Made by a program: the position numbers and the translations under genes
Assembly: GCA_937895935.1 (NCBI GenBank)
Contig: CALBKX010000024.1
Span: 72,728 to 136,727, forward strand
Source: an uncultured Clostridia bacterium
GTDB taxonomy: Bacteria > Bacillota > Clostridia > Christensenellales > UBA1242
DNA length: 64,000 nt
Reading direction: 5' to 3'
Notes under the pieces: generated by a model
What the model saw: only the letters and a program-made list of their open reading frames with translations
Databases searched by the model: none
What the model was told of the DNA's origin: nothing
Shown here: positions 19,901 through 29,315 of the stretch, one piece after another
How positions within the stretch are numbered: the first letter of the stretch is position 1
Layout of the letters: the number at the start of each line of letters is the position of its first letter

Positions 19901-20545
19901 TTGGGGGCAGTTAACATTAATGCGATTGATGATGTTAAAGTTCTTTTGGAAAGATATGAAGAAAAATCCGCTCAAGTTGCCGATTTGAGTAAAGCAGAAA
20001 GTGAGCTTACTGAAATTATAAAAGATTTAAGCAATGAAATGACCACAAGATTTGATACAGCCTTTAAAAAAGTTAGTGAAAACTTTAAAGTTACTTTTAA
20101 GGAATTATTTGGTGGTGGTAATGCTAAATTAGAACTTATTGAAGCAGAAAGTGGTGACCCACTTGAAGCAGGTGTTGACATTGTGGCTGAACCACCTGGC
20201 AAAAAATTGCAAAATATAACTCTTTTATCCGGCGGTGAAAAAGCTTTAACTGCAATTGCAATACTTTTTAGTATTTTAAAATTAAGACCAATGCCTTTCT
20301 GCTTGCTTGATGAAATTGAGGCCGCTCTTGATGATTCAAACGTAGAGCGTTTTGCTCAATATTTAAAACGTTTTTCAAAAGTAACTCAATTCATAGTTAT
20401 AACACATAGAAAACCAACAATGGAACTTGCAGATAGTTTGTATGGTGTCACAATGGAAGAAAAAGGCGTGTCTAGAACAGTAAGTGTTAAACTCGCCGAT
20501 GCAATTAAAAATTTAGAACAGGAGAATAAGAATGGGGCTGTTTAA
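16931..20545 (+). CDS. smc: Chromosome segregation protein SMC
   Basis: Walker A GPNGCGKSN, long coiled coils, hinge, LSGGEKALTAIA signature and Walker B LLDEIEAALD. Confidence 0.97.
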   Translation: MNFKKIELAGFKSFADKIEIKFDSGVTAIVGPNGCGKSNVADAIRWVLGEQSSKNLRGTSMQDVIFNGTEKRKSLSYCEVTLTFDNTDRYFNYDFDEVAITRKLYRSGESAYLINRNECRLKDIINLLYDSGIGKDGYSIIGQGKVEQIISSKPEDRRSIFEDAAGISKFKSRKVEAERRLERTRENIARVNDIVSEIERQMGPMKKQAENAKAYLAYKDQLKDLEVNAYIFQYENAKNVKDQINLKIKSIVEELNLESARLEETNANYTKSMERLNSIDKEIENIHNEILRLTIEIEQQSGEIKVIRERLNNLNLQKDKLNLDVLNANNALIKDNAELEFKKQKQSDLEQKIGQLHLSYDEMSKEYILLVDELTEKEEEASSNQQKMIDAMDKLSDIKSNFSKYQAEKQMLEENLKESNIRVESAKNSYASKQEECDLLTQSCKVLFDKKNETAKIYADSKFKQDSLYSQMRDIENDRHNINVKLQVYENKKRMLEDMQNAFDGYQIAVKKLLLDAKNNEKIRSKMMGALATLITVPQKYETAIEVALGNAVQNIVTFNEQGAKELINYLKSNQYGRATFLPISSIKSKDLYHSDKKVLSKNGVFGVASELISYSSDIDNIISNLLGTTIVVDNLDIAIDVSHSTELSYKIVTLDGDVINPAGSMTGGSRKQEAANLISREREIQTLSVEIQKFKALLLNKNASYEEMQKELEYLKNNINQFLDNKNNAEIDFVKENEKYQQAKISLEDLKDEIENMDATNAHIKSRIEVITQELSGIDQLEEKALNSKTETSKYMSEKQNLFNELRQKREKLSEQMTLIKIDIASNEAESSALSEDLIRLNQDIDKQNEILSNLNREINNIDETIAEGEKMISCQFEKAENTEKKKQLDAVKNKQVALDADKQNIQELIKQLDTKKQVLNESIAKITDKKYSEDLHLSKVDTELETMQEKIYEDYSLVYETCLEFKRPDFDISVAMPEIYRIKKEIQKLGAVNINAIDDVKVLLERYEEKSAQVADLSKAESELTEIIKDLSNEMTTRFDTAFKKVSENFKVTFKELFGGGNAKLELIEAESGDPLEAGVDIVAEPPGKKLQNITLLSGGEKALTAIAILFSILKLRPMPFCLLDEIEAALDDSNVERFAQYLKRFSKVTQFIVITHRKPTMELADSLYGVTMEEKGVSRTVSVKLADAIKNLEQENKNGAV

Positions 20546-21428
20546 AAAAATCGGTCTAGCATTGAAAAAAACAAGAGAAGCTTGGGCAAGAAAATTTGAT
20601 GCAATATTTAGCAAAGGTGAACTAAATGACGAGTTTTTTGAAAATTTAACTGATATTTTAGTTTCTAGCGATGTTGGTTTTGAAGCAAGTGAGCAGATTG
20701 TTGATGAACTTCGCATATATGCAAGAAAAAACAAAATTAGAAAAGCGAATGATGTTAAACAAGCATTAAAAGTTATAATTGCTGAAATGCTTGAAAAATT
20801 AGAACGAAAACCATTTGAATATCCTGCCGTTCTTACGATAATAGGTGTAAATGGTGTAGGAAAAACAACCAGTATTGGGAAAATCACAAAATATTTTAAA
20901 GACAATAAAAAAGATGTCACTTTAGTAGCAGGAGATACCTTCCGTGCTGCTGCTAGCGACCAATTAAGTGAATGGGCAAACAGAAATAAAGTAAAAATCG
21001 TTAAACATACTGAGGGTGCAGATGCTGGTGCTGTTGTTTTTGATGGAATATCTTCTGCAAAAGCAAAAAAAACAGATGTTTTGATTATTGATACTGCTGG
21101 ACGTCTTCATACAAAAGTCAATTTAATGGAAGAACTCAAAAAAATTGATAAGATTATAACAAGAGAGTATCCTGAAGCCAATAGGTATAACTTAATTGTT
21201 TTGGATGCAACAACAGGTCAAAATGCACTTTCCCAAATTGAACACTTTAATGAGTATATGCACATTGATGGCATAATTTTAACAAAACTTGATGGTACTG
21301 CAAAGGGTGGTGTCGTAATTACAATTGCCAATAAGTTGAAATTGCCTGTAGTTTTTGTTGGAACTGGTGAAACAATTGATGATTTAGAAGAGTTTAACGC
21401 TAAAGAATTTGTTGAAAATTTATTTTAA
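20532..21428 (+). CDS. ftsY: Signal recognition particle receptor FtsY
   Basis: GVNGVGKTT, DTAGR, TKLDGTAKGG motifs. Overlaps the smc stop. Confidence 0.95.
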   Translation: MGLFKKIGLALKKTREAWARKFDAIFSKGELNDEFFENLTDILVSSDVGFEASEQIVDELRIYARKNKIRKANDVKQALKVIIAEMLEKLERKPFEYPAVLTIIGVNGVGKTTSIGKITKYFKDNKKDVTLVAGDTFRAAASDQLSEWANRNKVKIVKHTEGADAGAVVFDGISSAKAKKTDVLIIDTAGRLHTKVNLMEELKKIDKIITREYPEANRYNLIVLDATTGQNALSQIEHFNEYMHIDGIILTKLDGTAKGGVVITIANKLKLPVVFVGTGETIDDLEEFNAKEFVENLF

Positions 21429-21676
21429 AAAAACAAAACTTTCATTTTTATTTAAAATATTTGAACTTAGCGTAAGAATGTTTTGTTAATCACAAAAGTA
21501 ATAAATTAGGTTTGGTTTCTACAAGAAAAACCTCGATTTTCTTTAACGCCTAGTACAATTTGATTTGTTCGTTTGTTGCCTTTTTATTTTAAAGAAATCC
21601 AAATTATTGTACTTGCCGTTTTCTAAATAATTTAGATTGAAAAACTTTCGTTTTTCAATCTAACAAAAAAACTTTC

Positions 21677-21710
21677 CTAAAAAAGTATTCTATTTTTGGA
21701 ATACTTTTTT
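21677..21710. terminator. Bidirectional rho-independent terminator
   Basis: A-run, GTATTC (21685-21690) paired with GAATAC (21699-21704), then a T-run. Confidence 0.7.
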
Positions 21711-21884
21711 GTCAATGCGGGACAACCCTTAAAAAGATATCAATTTATTAAATTTAATTCAAAAGTAGTTAAAGCAAAAGAAGTACATTATGCATAAAAT
21801 CGACAGAAAAGGAGATAATAACCTTGAAAAAGCATTGTTTTAAATAATATCGAATGTTAAAATGTTGCTTTAAAAGGAGAGATT

Positions 21885-22616
21885 ATGAAAAAATTTATTA
21901 AGACTTGCTGTTTACTAATGGTTGCATTGCTTAGTATAACTTTAGTTGCCTGTGGTGAACAAGTTTTGTGGCAAGCGGATTTTACAAAAGGAAATCAAAA
22001 TGTCTTTGGCGTTTATGGAACACCTGAAGAAAACAAAGAAAAAGGTTATGTTAGATTATCGCCTGTAGCAAATGAAAATTATTCTTCTAGCACTTATTTT
22101 GGGAAAAATACTGAAAAGAATTTCCCTTGGGAAAAAGGTGGAATGACAGTATCTTTAACAGTGCAAGTAAATTCGGAAGAATTAAGTGCGGGAAAATACT
22201 CAGTTTGGTCACTAGCATTAAATGAAACAGATGGTAAATATATAACTGAATTACCAGTATTCTTTATGGGTGATGAAACAGGTGTTCATTTCTTATATAA
22301 ATTTACTGGCGTTGAAAACGACTATGATGCTCTTAAAAATGATGAAAAAACAGTTAAAATTGCAGACGGAAAATATACTGTAAATTATTCATTTACAGTT
22401 AATGATAAGGACGAAGTAATTGTAAAAGTTACATTAAATAATGAAGCTAATACAGAAGTATTTAAATCGGAAAACAACAACATTACTGTAATTGACCATG
22501 AAGGTTATGAAGCAAATGCAATAATAAAACAAAGTAATATTGCAGGAATAAGATATTTATGGTTAGCAAGAACAAATGCTCCAGTTAATGTATTTGGATT
22601 GAAAGTAGTTAAATAA
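21885..22616 (+). CDS. Lipoprotein, function unknown
   Basis: Signal peptide with lipobox LVAC-G; AAGGAGAG RBS. Confidence 0.7.
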   Translation: MKKFIKTCCLLMVALLSITLVACGEQVLWQADFTKGNQNVFGVYGTPEENKEKGYVRLSPVANENYSSSTYFGKNTEKNFPWEKGGMTVSLTVQVNSEELSAGKYSVWSLALNETDGKYITELPVFFMGDETGVHFLYKFTGVENDYDALKNDEKTVKIADGKYTVNYSFTVNDKDEVIVKVTLNNEANTEVFKSENNNITVIDHEGYEANAIIKQSNIAGIRYLWLARTNAPVNVFGLKVVK

Positions 22617-22933
22617 ATTATTTGATTATTATTAAAATACTAAATTAAGCATATAAAATATTAATTTTAAAAACACCAGTATTAAAGTGACCTATTTTAG
22701 CGGTTATTATTTCTGGTGTTTTTTCATTTTTATTTACTAATGTATATTAGCAAAAAATTACTATTTGAGAGCAATTATATGTTCAATTTAATTATTTATT
22801 TCGACTAATTTTAAATAAATGCTAGACAATAAATTATATTTGTGATAGACTAAAAAAGTCTTTTAACAAAGTTAATCGAATCCTCAACGTTTTGCTTTGT
22901 TTTTAGCATAATTTCCATAGGAGGTAAAATTAA

Positions 22934-23194
22934 ATGGATAAAGCAAGAAAGCAAGAAATTATCAATCAGTTTAAACAATCTGAAAATGATACTGGGTCTG
23001 CACAAGTTCAAGTTGCTCTTTTAACTGAAAGAATTAAAGAACTTACTGAACACTTGAAAAACAATCATAATGATAACCATTCAAGACGTGGACTTTCAAT
23101 GCTTATAGGTCAACGTAAATCTTTCTTAAAATATTTAGAAGAAAGAGATATTGAGGCTTATCGTCAATTAAAAAAAGATTTACAAATCAGATAA
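22934..23194 (+). CDS. rpsO: 30S ribosomal protein S15
   Basis: 86 aa with [23 protein letters not shown] and HSRRGL motifs. Confidence 0.97.
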   Translation: MDKARKQEIINQFKQSENDTGSAQVQVALLTERIKELTEHLKNNHNDNHSRRGLSMLIGQRKSFLKYLEERDIEAYRQLKKDLQIR

Positions 23195-23201
23195 TTTTTT
23201 T

Positions 23202-23242
23202 CGGGGAATATGGGCTGCTTTTGTCCGTTTCCTCGTTTTTTT
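23202..23242 (+). terminator. rpsO-pnp intergenic hairpin with T-run (terminator/attenuator)
   Basis: CGGGGAA...TTCCTCG stem followed by T7. Confidence 0.65.
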
Positions 23243-23304
23243 AGAAATGTTTTTAACATTTATTTTATACAATGTTTGTCAAGCTATATTTTTTAAGGAG
23301 AGTT

Positions 23305-25395
23305 ATGGAAAATTTAGGTAAAATTTTTAAAACACAAGTAGGTGGGAAAGAAGTTATTGTTGAAACCGGTAAATATTGTGAACAAGCAAACGGTTCTTGT
23401 ATCGTTAGATGTGGAGAAACGGTTGTGATGGTTAATGTAACTATGTCAAAAACCCCAAGAGATGGTATTGATTTTTTCCCTCTAAGCGTTGATTTTGAAG
23501 AAAAAATGTATTCAGTTGGTAAAATCCCAGGTGGATATAAACGTAGAGAAGGTAGGTCAAGTGATAAAGCTATTTTAACTTCAAGGTTAATAGATCGTCC
23601 ACTTCGCCCTTTATTCCCAAAAGGATTTTTTAATGATGTAACAGTTGTGGCAACAGCTCTGTCTGTTGATCCAGATGTAGCTATTGAACCTTTAGCTATG
23701 CTTGGTTCATCAATTGCTTTAAGTATATCAGATATTCCTTTCCAAGGACCTACTGGCTCTGTTCAAGTTGCATATGTTGAAGGAAAATATATTTGCAATC
23801 CAACTGAGCAAGAACGTGAAAAAAGTTTAATGCACTTAACAGTTAGTGGTACAAATGAAGCTATTTTAATGGTTGAAGCTGGAGCAAATGAAGTGTCAGA
23901 ATCAGAAATGCTTGATGCTATAATGTTTGCTCATGAAGAAATTAAAAAACAAGTTGCATTCATTTTGGATATTAAAAAAGAAATAGGCAAACCTTTAGCA
24001 AATGTCCAAGTTTACCATATTTCAGAAGATATTGATAAAGCTGTAAGAGAATATGCTAGTGATATGTTAAAAGATGCTCTTTCTCATTTTGATAGACAAG
24101 AACGTAGTGAAGCACAAGAAAGAGTAGACGCAGATGTAAAAGCACATTTTGCTGATATATTCCCTGATTCAGAACGTCAAATTGGTGATGTTTTATATAA
24201 AATGACCAAAGAAATAGTTAGAAAACGTATTATAGAAGAAGGTGTTCGTCCTGATGGAAGAAAACTTACTGAAATACGTCCAATTTGGTGTGAACATGGT
24301 ATTCTTCCAAGGGTTCATGGGACAGGTGTATTTACTCGTGGACAAACTCAAGTTTTAACTACTTGTACTTTGGGAACAGTTGGTGACGCACAAAGTATTG
24401 AAGTGTTAGATGAAGAAGAAGAACAAAAACGTTATATTCATCATTATAATATGCCAGGATATGCAACTGGTGAAGCAAAACCTTTAAAAGCACCAGGTAG
24501 AAGAGAAATAGGTCATGGAGCCCTTGCAGAACGTGCTTTAGTACCAGTTATTCCTTCTGAAGACGAATTCCCATATGTTATACGTTTGGTCAGCGAAGTT
24601 ATATCATCAAATGGTTCATCTTCAATGGCTTCAACTTGTGGCTCAACACTTGCTTTGATGGACGCAGGTGTGCCAATTAAAGCACCAGTAGCAGGAATTG
24701 CAATGGGTTTAATTAAAGATGAAAATACAGGAAAAGTTGCTGTTATGAGCGATATCCAAGGTCTTGAAGATTTCCTTGGTGATATGGACTTTAAAGTAAC
24801 AGGAACTTCAAAGGGTATTACTGCAATTCAAATGGATATAAAAATTAAAGGTATCGACAAAGCAATTTTAACAACTGCTTTAAACCAAGCTAAAGACGGC
24901 AGAATGTTTATAATGGACAAAATGCTTGCTTGTATTCCAAAACCAAATAGTGATCTTTCTAAATATGCTCCAAAAATTATTACATTCAATATTGACCCAG
25001 AAAAAATTGGAGATGTTGTAGGAAAAAGCGGTAAAACAATCAACAAAATTATAGACGAAACAGGTGTCAAAATTGATATAGAAGATGATGGTAGAGTATA
25101 CATTTCTACTCAAAATAGTGAAATGGCTCAAAAAGCTAAAGAAATTATTTTAAATATTGTTACAGACATTGAAGTAGGAAAACAATATAAAGGTAAAGTA
25201 GTAAGAATTATGTCATTTGGTGCATTTGTTGACTTAGGTGGCGGTAAAGAGGGTATGATTCATATCTCTAAACTTTCTGACAGACGCGTTGAAAAAGTGG
25301 AAGATGTACTAAATTTAGGCGATGATGTCATTATAGAATGTATAAAAGTAGATGATAAAAATCGTTATGACTTTAAATTAATATCAAAATGTTAA
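23305..25395 (+). CDS. pnp: Polyribonucleotide nucleotidyltransferase (PNPase)
   Basis: Two RNase PH domains plus KH and S1 domains. AAGGAGAG RBS before the ATG at 23305 (MENLGKIF). The ORF-track start at 23272 is an upstream extension. Confidence 0.95.
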   Translation: MENLGKIFKTQVGGKEVIVETGKYCEQANGSCIVRCGETVVMVNVTMSKTPRDGIDFFPLSVDFEEKMYSVGKIPGGYKRREGRSSDKAILTSRLIDRPLRPLFPKGFFNDVTVVATALSVDPDVAIEPLAMLGSSIALSISDIPFQGPTGSVQVAYVEGKYICNPTEQEREKSLMHLTVSGTNEAILMVEAGANEVSESEMLDAIMFAHEEIKKQVAFILDIKKEIGKPLANVQVYHISEDIDKAVREYASDMLKDALSHFDRQERSEAQERVDADVKAHFADIFPDSERQIGDVLYKMTKEIVRKRIIEEGVRPDGRKLTEIRPIWCEHGILPRVHGTGVFTRGQTQVLTTCTLGTVGDAQSIEVLDEEEEQKRYIHHYNMPGYATGEAKPLKAPGRREIGHGALAERALVPVIPSEDEFPYVIRLVSEVISSNGSSSMASTCGSTLALMDAGVPIKAPVAGIAMGLIKDENTGKVAVMSDIQGLEDFLGDMDFKVTGTSKGITAIQMDIKIKGIDKAILTTALNQAKDGRMFIMDKMLACIPKPNSDLSKYAPKIITFNIDPEKIGDVVGKSGKTINKIIDETGVKIDIEDDGRVYISTQNSEMAQKAKEIILNIVTDIEVGKQYKGKVVRIMSFGAFVDLGGGKEGMIHISKLSDRRVEKVEDVLNLGDDVIIECIKVDDKNRYDFKLISKC

Positions 25396-25427
25396 TTTAA
25401 AACATTTATTAAAAATATTATTTAAAA

Positions 25428-25462
25428 ATAAGGCAAAATAAAAAGTTATGCCTTATTTTTTT
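25428..25462 (+). terminator. Rho-independent terminator after pnp
   Basis: ATAAGGCA (25428-25435) pairs with TGCCTTAT (25449-25456), followed by a T-run. Confidence 0.8.
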
Positions 25463-25634
25463 ATTTTTAATAGTATAATCAAAAAAAAGTATTTTGTTTT
25501 ATTTTTGAACACAATTTGTATTTATATGTTAATAATTTATAATTAGTTTTTTAGCAAACTTTAGAGTCAATTAATGTTTTGTTTTTAAAGAACCATTTTG
25601 TAATATAATTCAAAAATCTTTCATAATTTATTTT

Positions 25635-26348
25635 ATGAGAAAAATATCACATAATTTTTTTAGAAAATATATAGCCAATATAGTTATAGCTTTGGCTATT
25701 TTTTGTGTTGGGATTTTGACTTATCAAGGAGGAATCGTAGGAGCATTTAGCAGTAATGATTCACAAATCATTTATGCTGGAAATAGTAAAAATAATACTA
25801 TTTCATTAATGTTCAATGTATATATGGGGAATGAGTATGTTGAAAGCATACTTGAAACCTTAAAAAAAAATAATGTAACTGCAACATTTTTTGTTGGAGG
25901 AATTTGGGTAGAAAAAAACCAAGATTGTTTTATGAAAATATACAAAAGTGGCAATGAAATAGCTTCTCATGGATATTGGCATAAAGATCACAGTAAAATA
26001 AGTGACGAGGCACAGATTAATGAAATTCAATTGACTGATAATTTAATTACATCTTTAACAGGAATTAAAATGACATTGTTTGCCCCACCTAGCGGAGCAT
26101 TTAACAAACATACATCTTACATAGCAAAAAATTTAGGATACAAAACTATAATGTGGAGTAAAGACACTATTGACTGGCGTGACCAAGATGAAAACTTAAT
26201 TTTCTCGCGTGCCACAAAAAATTGTGAAAGTGGTGATTTAATATTAATGCACCCAACTAAAGCAACAGCACAGGCTTTGGATAAAGTTATAAAATTTTAT
26301 AAAGAAAAAGGTTTAAATGTTGACACAGTTAGCAAAAATATATTGTAA
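25635..26348 (+). CDS. Polysaccharide deacetylase (NodB homology domain; PdaB-like)
   Basis: N-terminal TM anchor, TFFVGG, HGYWH and LMHP motifs. Confidence 0.8.
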   Translation: MRKISHNFFRKYIANIVIALAIFCVGILTYQGGIVGAFSSNDSQIIYAGNSKNNTISLMFNVYMGNEYVESILETLKKNNVTATFFVGGIWVEKNQDCFMKIYKSGNEIASHGYWHKDHSKISDEAQINEIQLTDNLITSLTGIKMTLFAPPSGAFNKHTSYIAKNLGYKTIMWSKDTIDWRDQDENLIFSRATKNCESGDLILMHPTKATAQALDKVIKFYKEKGLNVDTVSKNIL

Positions 26349-26448
26349 TTCTGTCATTATTTTTAAACTTAACTCATTTTTATTGTTGCAGTGATTGTAA
26401 AATAATGATATACTTAAATTGAAGTAAATAAATATATTAAGGAATCAT

Positions 26449-29292
26449 ATGTCAATATATAAATTTGAGGAACAAAAACCAAAACAAAAAAAAGCCGATT
26501 ATCAAAAAATAGTTGGCTATATTTTAGTTGCATCATCAATAATTTGTTTGTTTTGTTTAATTACTCACTTCGTTCCTTTTATTAAAAGCTTTTTACTGGG
26601 TGTTGCCGGTCTTTTTTGCTATCCTTTTTTCATAACTTTAATGGCAGTTGGTTTTGCTCTTGTAGGACATAAAAAGTATGTAATGCCAAAAAAATATGGA
26701 ATCTATTTATCCCTTTCTATTTTATTTGTTTTAAGTATTTTACAACTGTTGTTAGTTAAAAATAATGGTTTGAATTTTTGGCAGTATCTAGGTGTATCTT
26801 ATACTCAAAAGATGACCGCTGGGGGAATAATTTTAGGTTTAGTTACTGCTCCATTTCTATACATTTTAAATAGATTAGGTGCGTATATCGTTTTTGTTGC
26901 TTTATCTTTAGTTTTTATTGCATTAACAGTGGATTACATTTATTATTTAAGTAAAAATGAAAACATTAAAAAAGCGATTAAATTGGCACAAGTTGAAAAT
27001 AAACAAGAACCCGCCATTTCTAAAATATCTGTTAAGGAATTGGAAAATAATTTAAAGAAAAACAAGACTGAATTGTTAGAAGATAATAAAGCAAAAAATT
27101 CTGATATAGAAAAAGTTAAATTGACCTTAGATGCAAAACAGGAAAATGAAACTCAAGAGGAAAAAGCAAAAAGGAAACTTGGTCTTTTAGCTTCTTCAAA
27201 ACAAGATGAAATTGATAATAGTAGATACTTCAAAACTGAACAAGAACAGCCTCAAGTTAAAAAAATAGAAAATACACGTGAATACATTTTATCACGTGAT
27301 AATAAAATTGAACTTAGTGATTATAGTGCAAAACAATTAAGCAAAATCCAATCAAATTTTCTTAATTTAAAAAATAAAATACCTTCAAATAATCAATCTA
27401 CAATCTTAAACAATAATAATTCAATAAAACAAGATTATGTAAAAAACGTTATGCCTAGTAAAGTTATCCATGATGACCTTGGGCTTACAGTTTCCCCTAC
27501 TACACCAAGTGGAAATTTAAAAAGCACAATGGGGAATTTTGAGATTAATGAAAAACCTTTAAATAGTGAAAATGTTTTTGAAAAACCAAAAGTTAACATT
27601 GTTGAAAACCAAGATTTTAATGATTTTTCAGACAAACAAGTTGAGCAATCCAAACAACAAACTTTTGAAGACAAACAGGAAAATACTCTTGATGTTGAAA
27701 ACTTTACAAATAATATATTAGCTTCTTTAAATAAATCTACAACTTCTTCTTATGTGTCAGGAAAAACTGCTTTCAGTAATGATGTTACTGAAATTGTTGA
27801 ACCTATAAAACCTAAAGAAACAATAAATTATGTAAAACCTCCAATTGAATTATTAACAACGGAAAGTATGGACTTATCATTGGTTAGCCAAGATGTTGTT
27901 ATGAAAAGGGAAGAGCTTGAAATAGCACTTGATACGTTTGGCATACCAGCAAAAGTTATTGGCGTAGTTATCGGTCCTGCCGTTACTAGGTATGAATTGG
28001 AAATGCCAGCGGGTGTTAGTATCAAAAGATTACTTGCATTACAAGAGGATATTGCATACAACTTATCATCAAATGGCGATATTAGAATAGAAGCACCAAT
28101 ACCTGGTCGAAGAGCAGTAGGTATAGAAGTTCCAAATGAAAGAATTGCAACTGTTGGTTTAAGAGATATAATTATGTCGCCTGAATTTATGGAGACAAAA
28201 TCTAACTTATCAATAGCTTTAGGTAAAGATATCTCTGGAGCAGTAAAAACATTTAGCCTTATAAAAATACCACATTTGCTAGTTGCTGGTACTACAGGGT
28301 CTGGTAAATCTGTTTGTATTAATGCTATCATTTTAAGTTTAATTTATAGATATTCTCCAGATGAAGTAAAATTTATTTTAATTGACCCAAAACGTGTCGA
28401 ATTTTCTATGTATAATAATCTACCTCATCTATTGATGCCCAATGTCATTACAGATAGTGAAAAAGCTTTAAACGCTTTATCTTGGTGTGTTGATGAGATG
28501 GAAAGACGTTTCATTGTTTTTGCAAACGCAAGAGTTAAAAATTTAGAAGAGTACAACACAAGTGAAGAAGTTTTAGAGGGTCGCGCTGAAAAACTTCCTT
28601 ATATAATTTTTATAATTGACGAACTAGCGGACTTATTAATGACAGCAAAAAAAGAAGCAGAAGATTATATTTGTAGAATTTTACAAAAAGCAAGAGCAGC
28701 AGGAATTCATATGATACTTGCAACTCAAAGACCTTCTGTTGATATTGTAACAGGTAAAATAAAAGCAAATTTAAGTGCTCGTATTTGTTTCCAATTAATG
28801 ACATTTGCTGATTCAAAAACAGTTTTAGACCAAGCAGGTGCAGACAAATTACTTGGTAAAGGTGATATGCTATTTTTGTCAAGCGATACGGGTGTTCCAA
28901 AACGTATACAAGGCTGTTTTGTCACAACTAAAGAAATTGATGATGTAGTTACATTTGTTAAAGAAAATAATGGTGACTATGAATTTGATTTAAAAACTGA
29001 ACAATCAATTTTAAACCCAGCGAAAAAAAGTGTTGTTTCTCAAGTAGATGGTGACAGAGCTTCAAGTGATGGATATGACGCATTAATGCCACAAGTATTA
29101 AAATCGGTTATTGAAAACGGACATGCTTCAATATCAATGATTCAAAGAAAATTTCTTGTCGGTTTCCCTAGAGCCGCTAGAATAATTGACCAAATGGAAG
29201 AAGCTGGGTATATTTCTCCTTCCGATGGAAGTAAGTCAAGAAGTGTTTATATAACAATGGAAGAATATGAAAAATTATATGGAGAAGGATAA
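26449..29292 (+). CDS. ftsK: DNA translocase FtsK/SpoIIIE
   Basis: N-terminal TM helices, long linker, Walker A GTTGSGKS, IIDELADL, and a C-terminal gamma winged helix (SMIQRKFLVGFPRAARIIDQMEEAGYI). Confidence 0.95.
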   Translation: MSIYKFEEQKPKQKKADYQKIVGYILVASSIICLFCLITHFVPFIKSFLLGVAGLFCYPFFITLMAVGFALVGHKKYVMPKKYGIYLSLSILFVLSILQLLLVKNNGLNFWQYLGVSYTQKMTAGGIILGLVTAPFLYILNRLGAYIVFVALSLVFIALTVDYIYYLSKNENIKKAIKLAQVENKQEPAISKISVKELENNLKKNKTELLEDNKAKNSDIEKVKLTLDAKQENETQEEKAKRKLGLLASSKQDEIDNSRYFKTEQEQPQVKKIENTREYILSRDNKIELSDYSAKQLSKIQSNFLNLKNKIPSNNQSTILNNNNSIKQDYVKNVMPSKVIHDDLGLTVSPTTPSGNLKSTMGNFEINEKPLNSENVFEKPKVNIVENQDFNDFSDKQVEQSKQQTFEDKQENTLDVENFTNNILASLNKSTTSSYVSGKTAFSNDVTEIVEPIKPKETINYVKPPIELLTTESMDLSLVSQDVVMKREELEIALDTFGIPAKVIGVVIGPAVTRYELEMPAGVSIKRLLALQEDIAYNLSSNGDIRIEAPIPGRRAVGIEVPNERIATVGLRDIIMSPEFMETKSNLSIALGKDISGAVKTFSLIKIPHLLVAGTTGSGKSVCINAIILSLIYRYSPDEVKFILIDPKRVEFSMYNNLPHLLMPNVITDSEKALNALSWCVDEMERRFIVFANARVKNLEEYNTSEEVLEGRAEKLPYIIFIIDELADLLMTAKKEAEDYICRILQKARAAGIHMILATQRPSVDIVTGKIKANLSARICFQLMTFADSKTVLDQAGADKLLGKGDMLFLSSDTGVPKRIQGCFVTTKEIDDVVTFVKENNGDYEFDLKTEQSILNPAKKSVVSQVDGDRASSDGYDALMPQVLKSVIENGHASISMIQRKFLVGFPRAARIIDQMEEAGYISPSDGSKSRSVYITMEEYEKLYGEG

Positions 29293-29315
29293 TTAAAAAA
29301 TACTAACGAGGAAAT

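Noticed and set aside
22800-22933. Possible promoter or regulatory leader upstream of rpsO
   Set aside because: Only a weak TAGACA-like -35 was found, with no convincing -10 at proper spacing. The S15 autoregulatory structures are not conserved enough to recognise by eye.
27828-28331. 167-aa antisense ORF inside ftsK. Similar antisense ORFs occur at 899-1090, 1304-1546, 9610-9882, 15424-16104, 20513-20920, 24828-25131, 38962-39246, 51106-51573, 56154-56474, 57618-57995 and 58838-59278.
   Set aside because: All lie antisense within strongly supported conserved genes and have biased low-complexity composition typical of shadow ORFs. None has start or RBS support.
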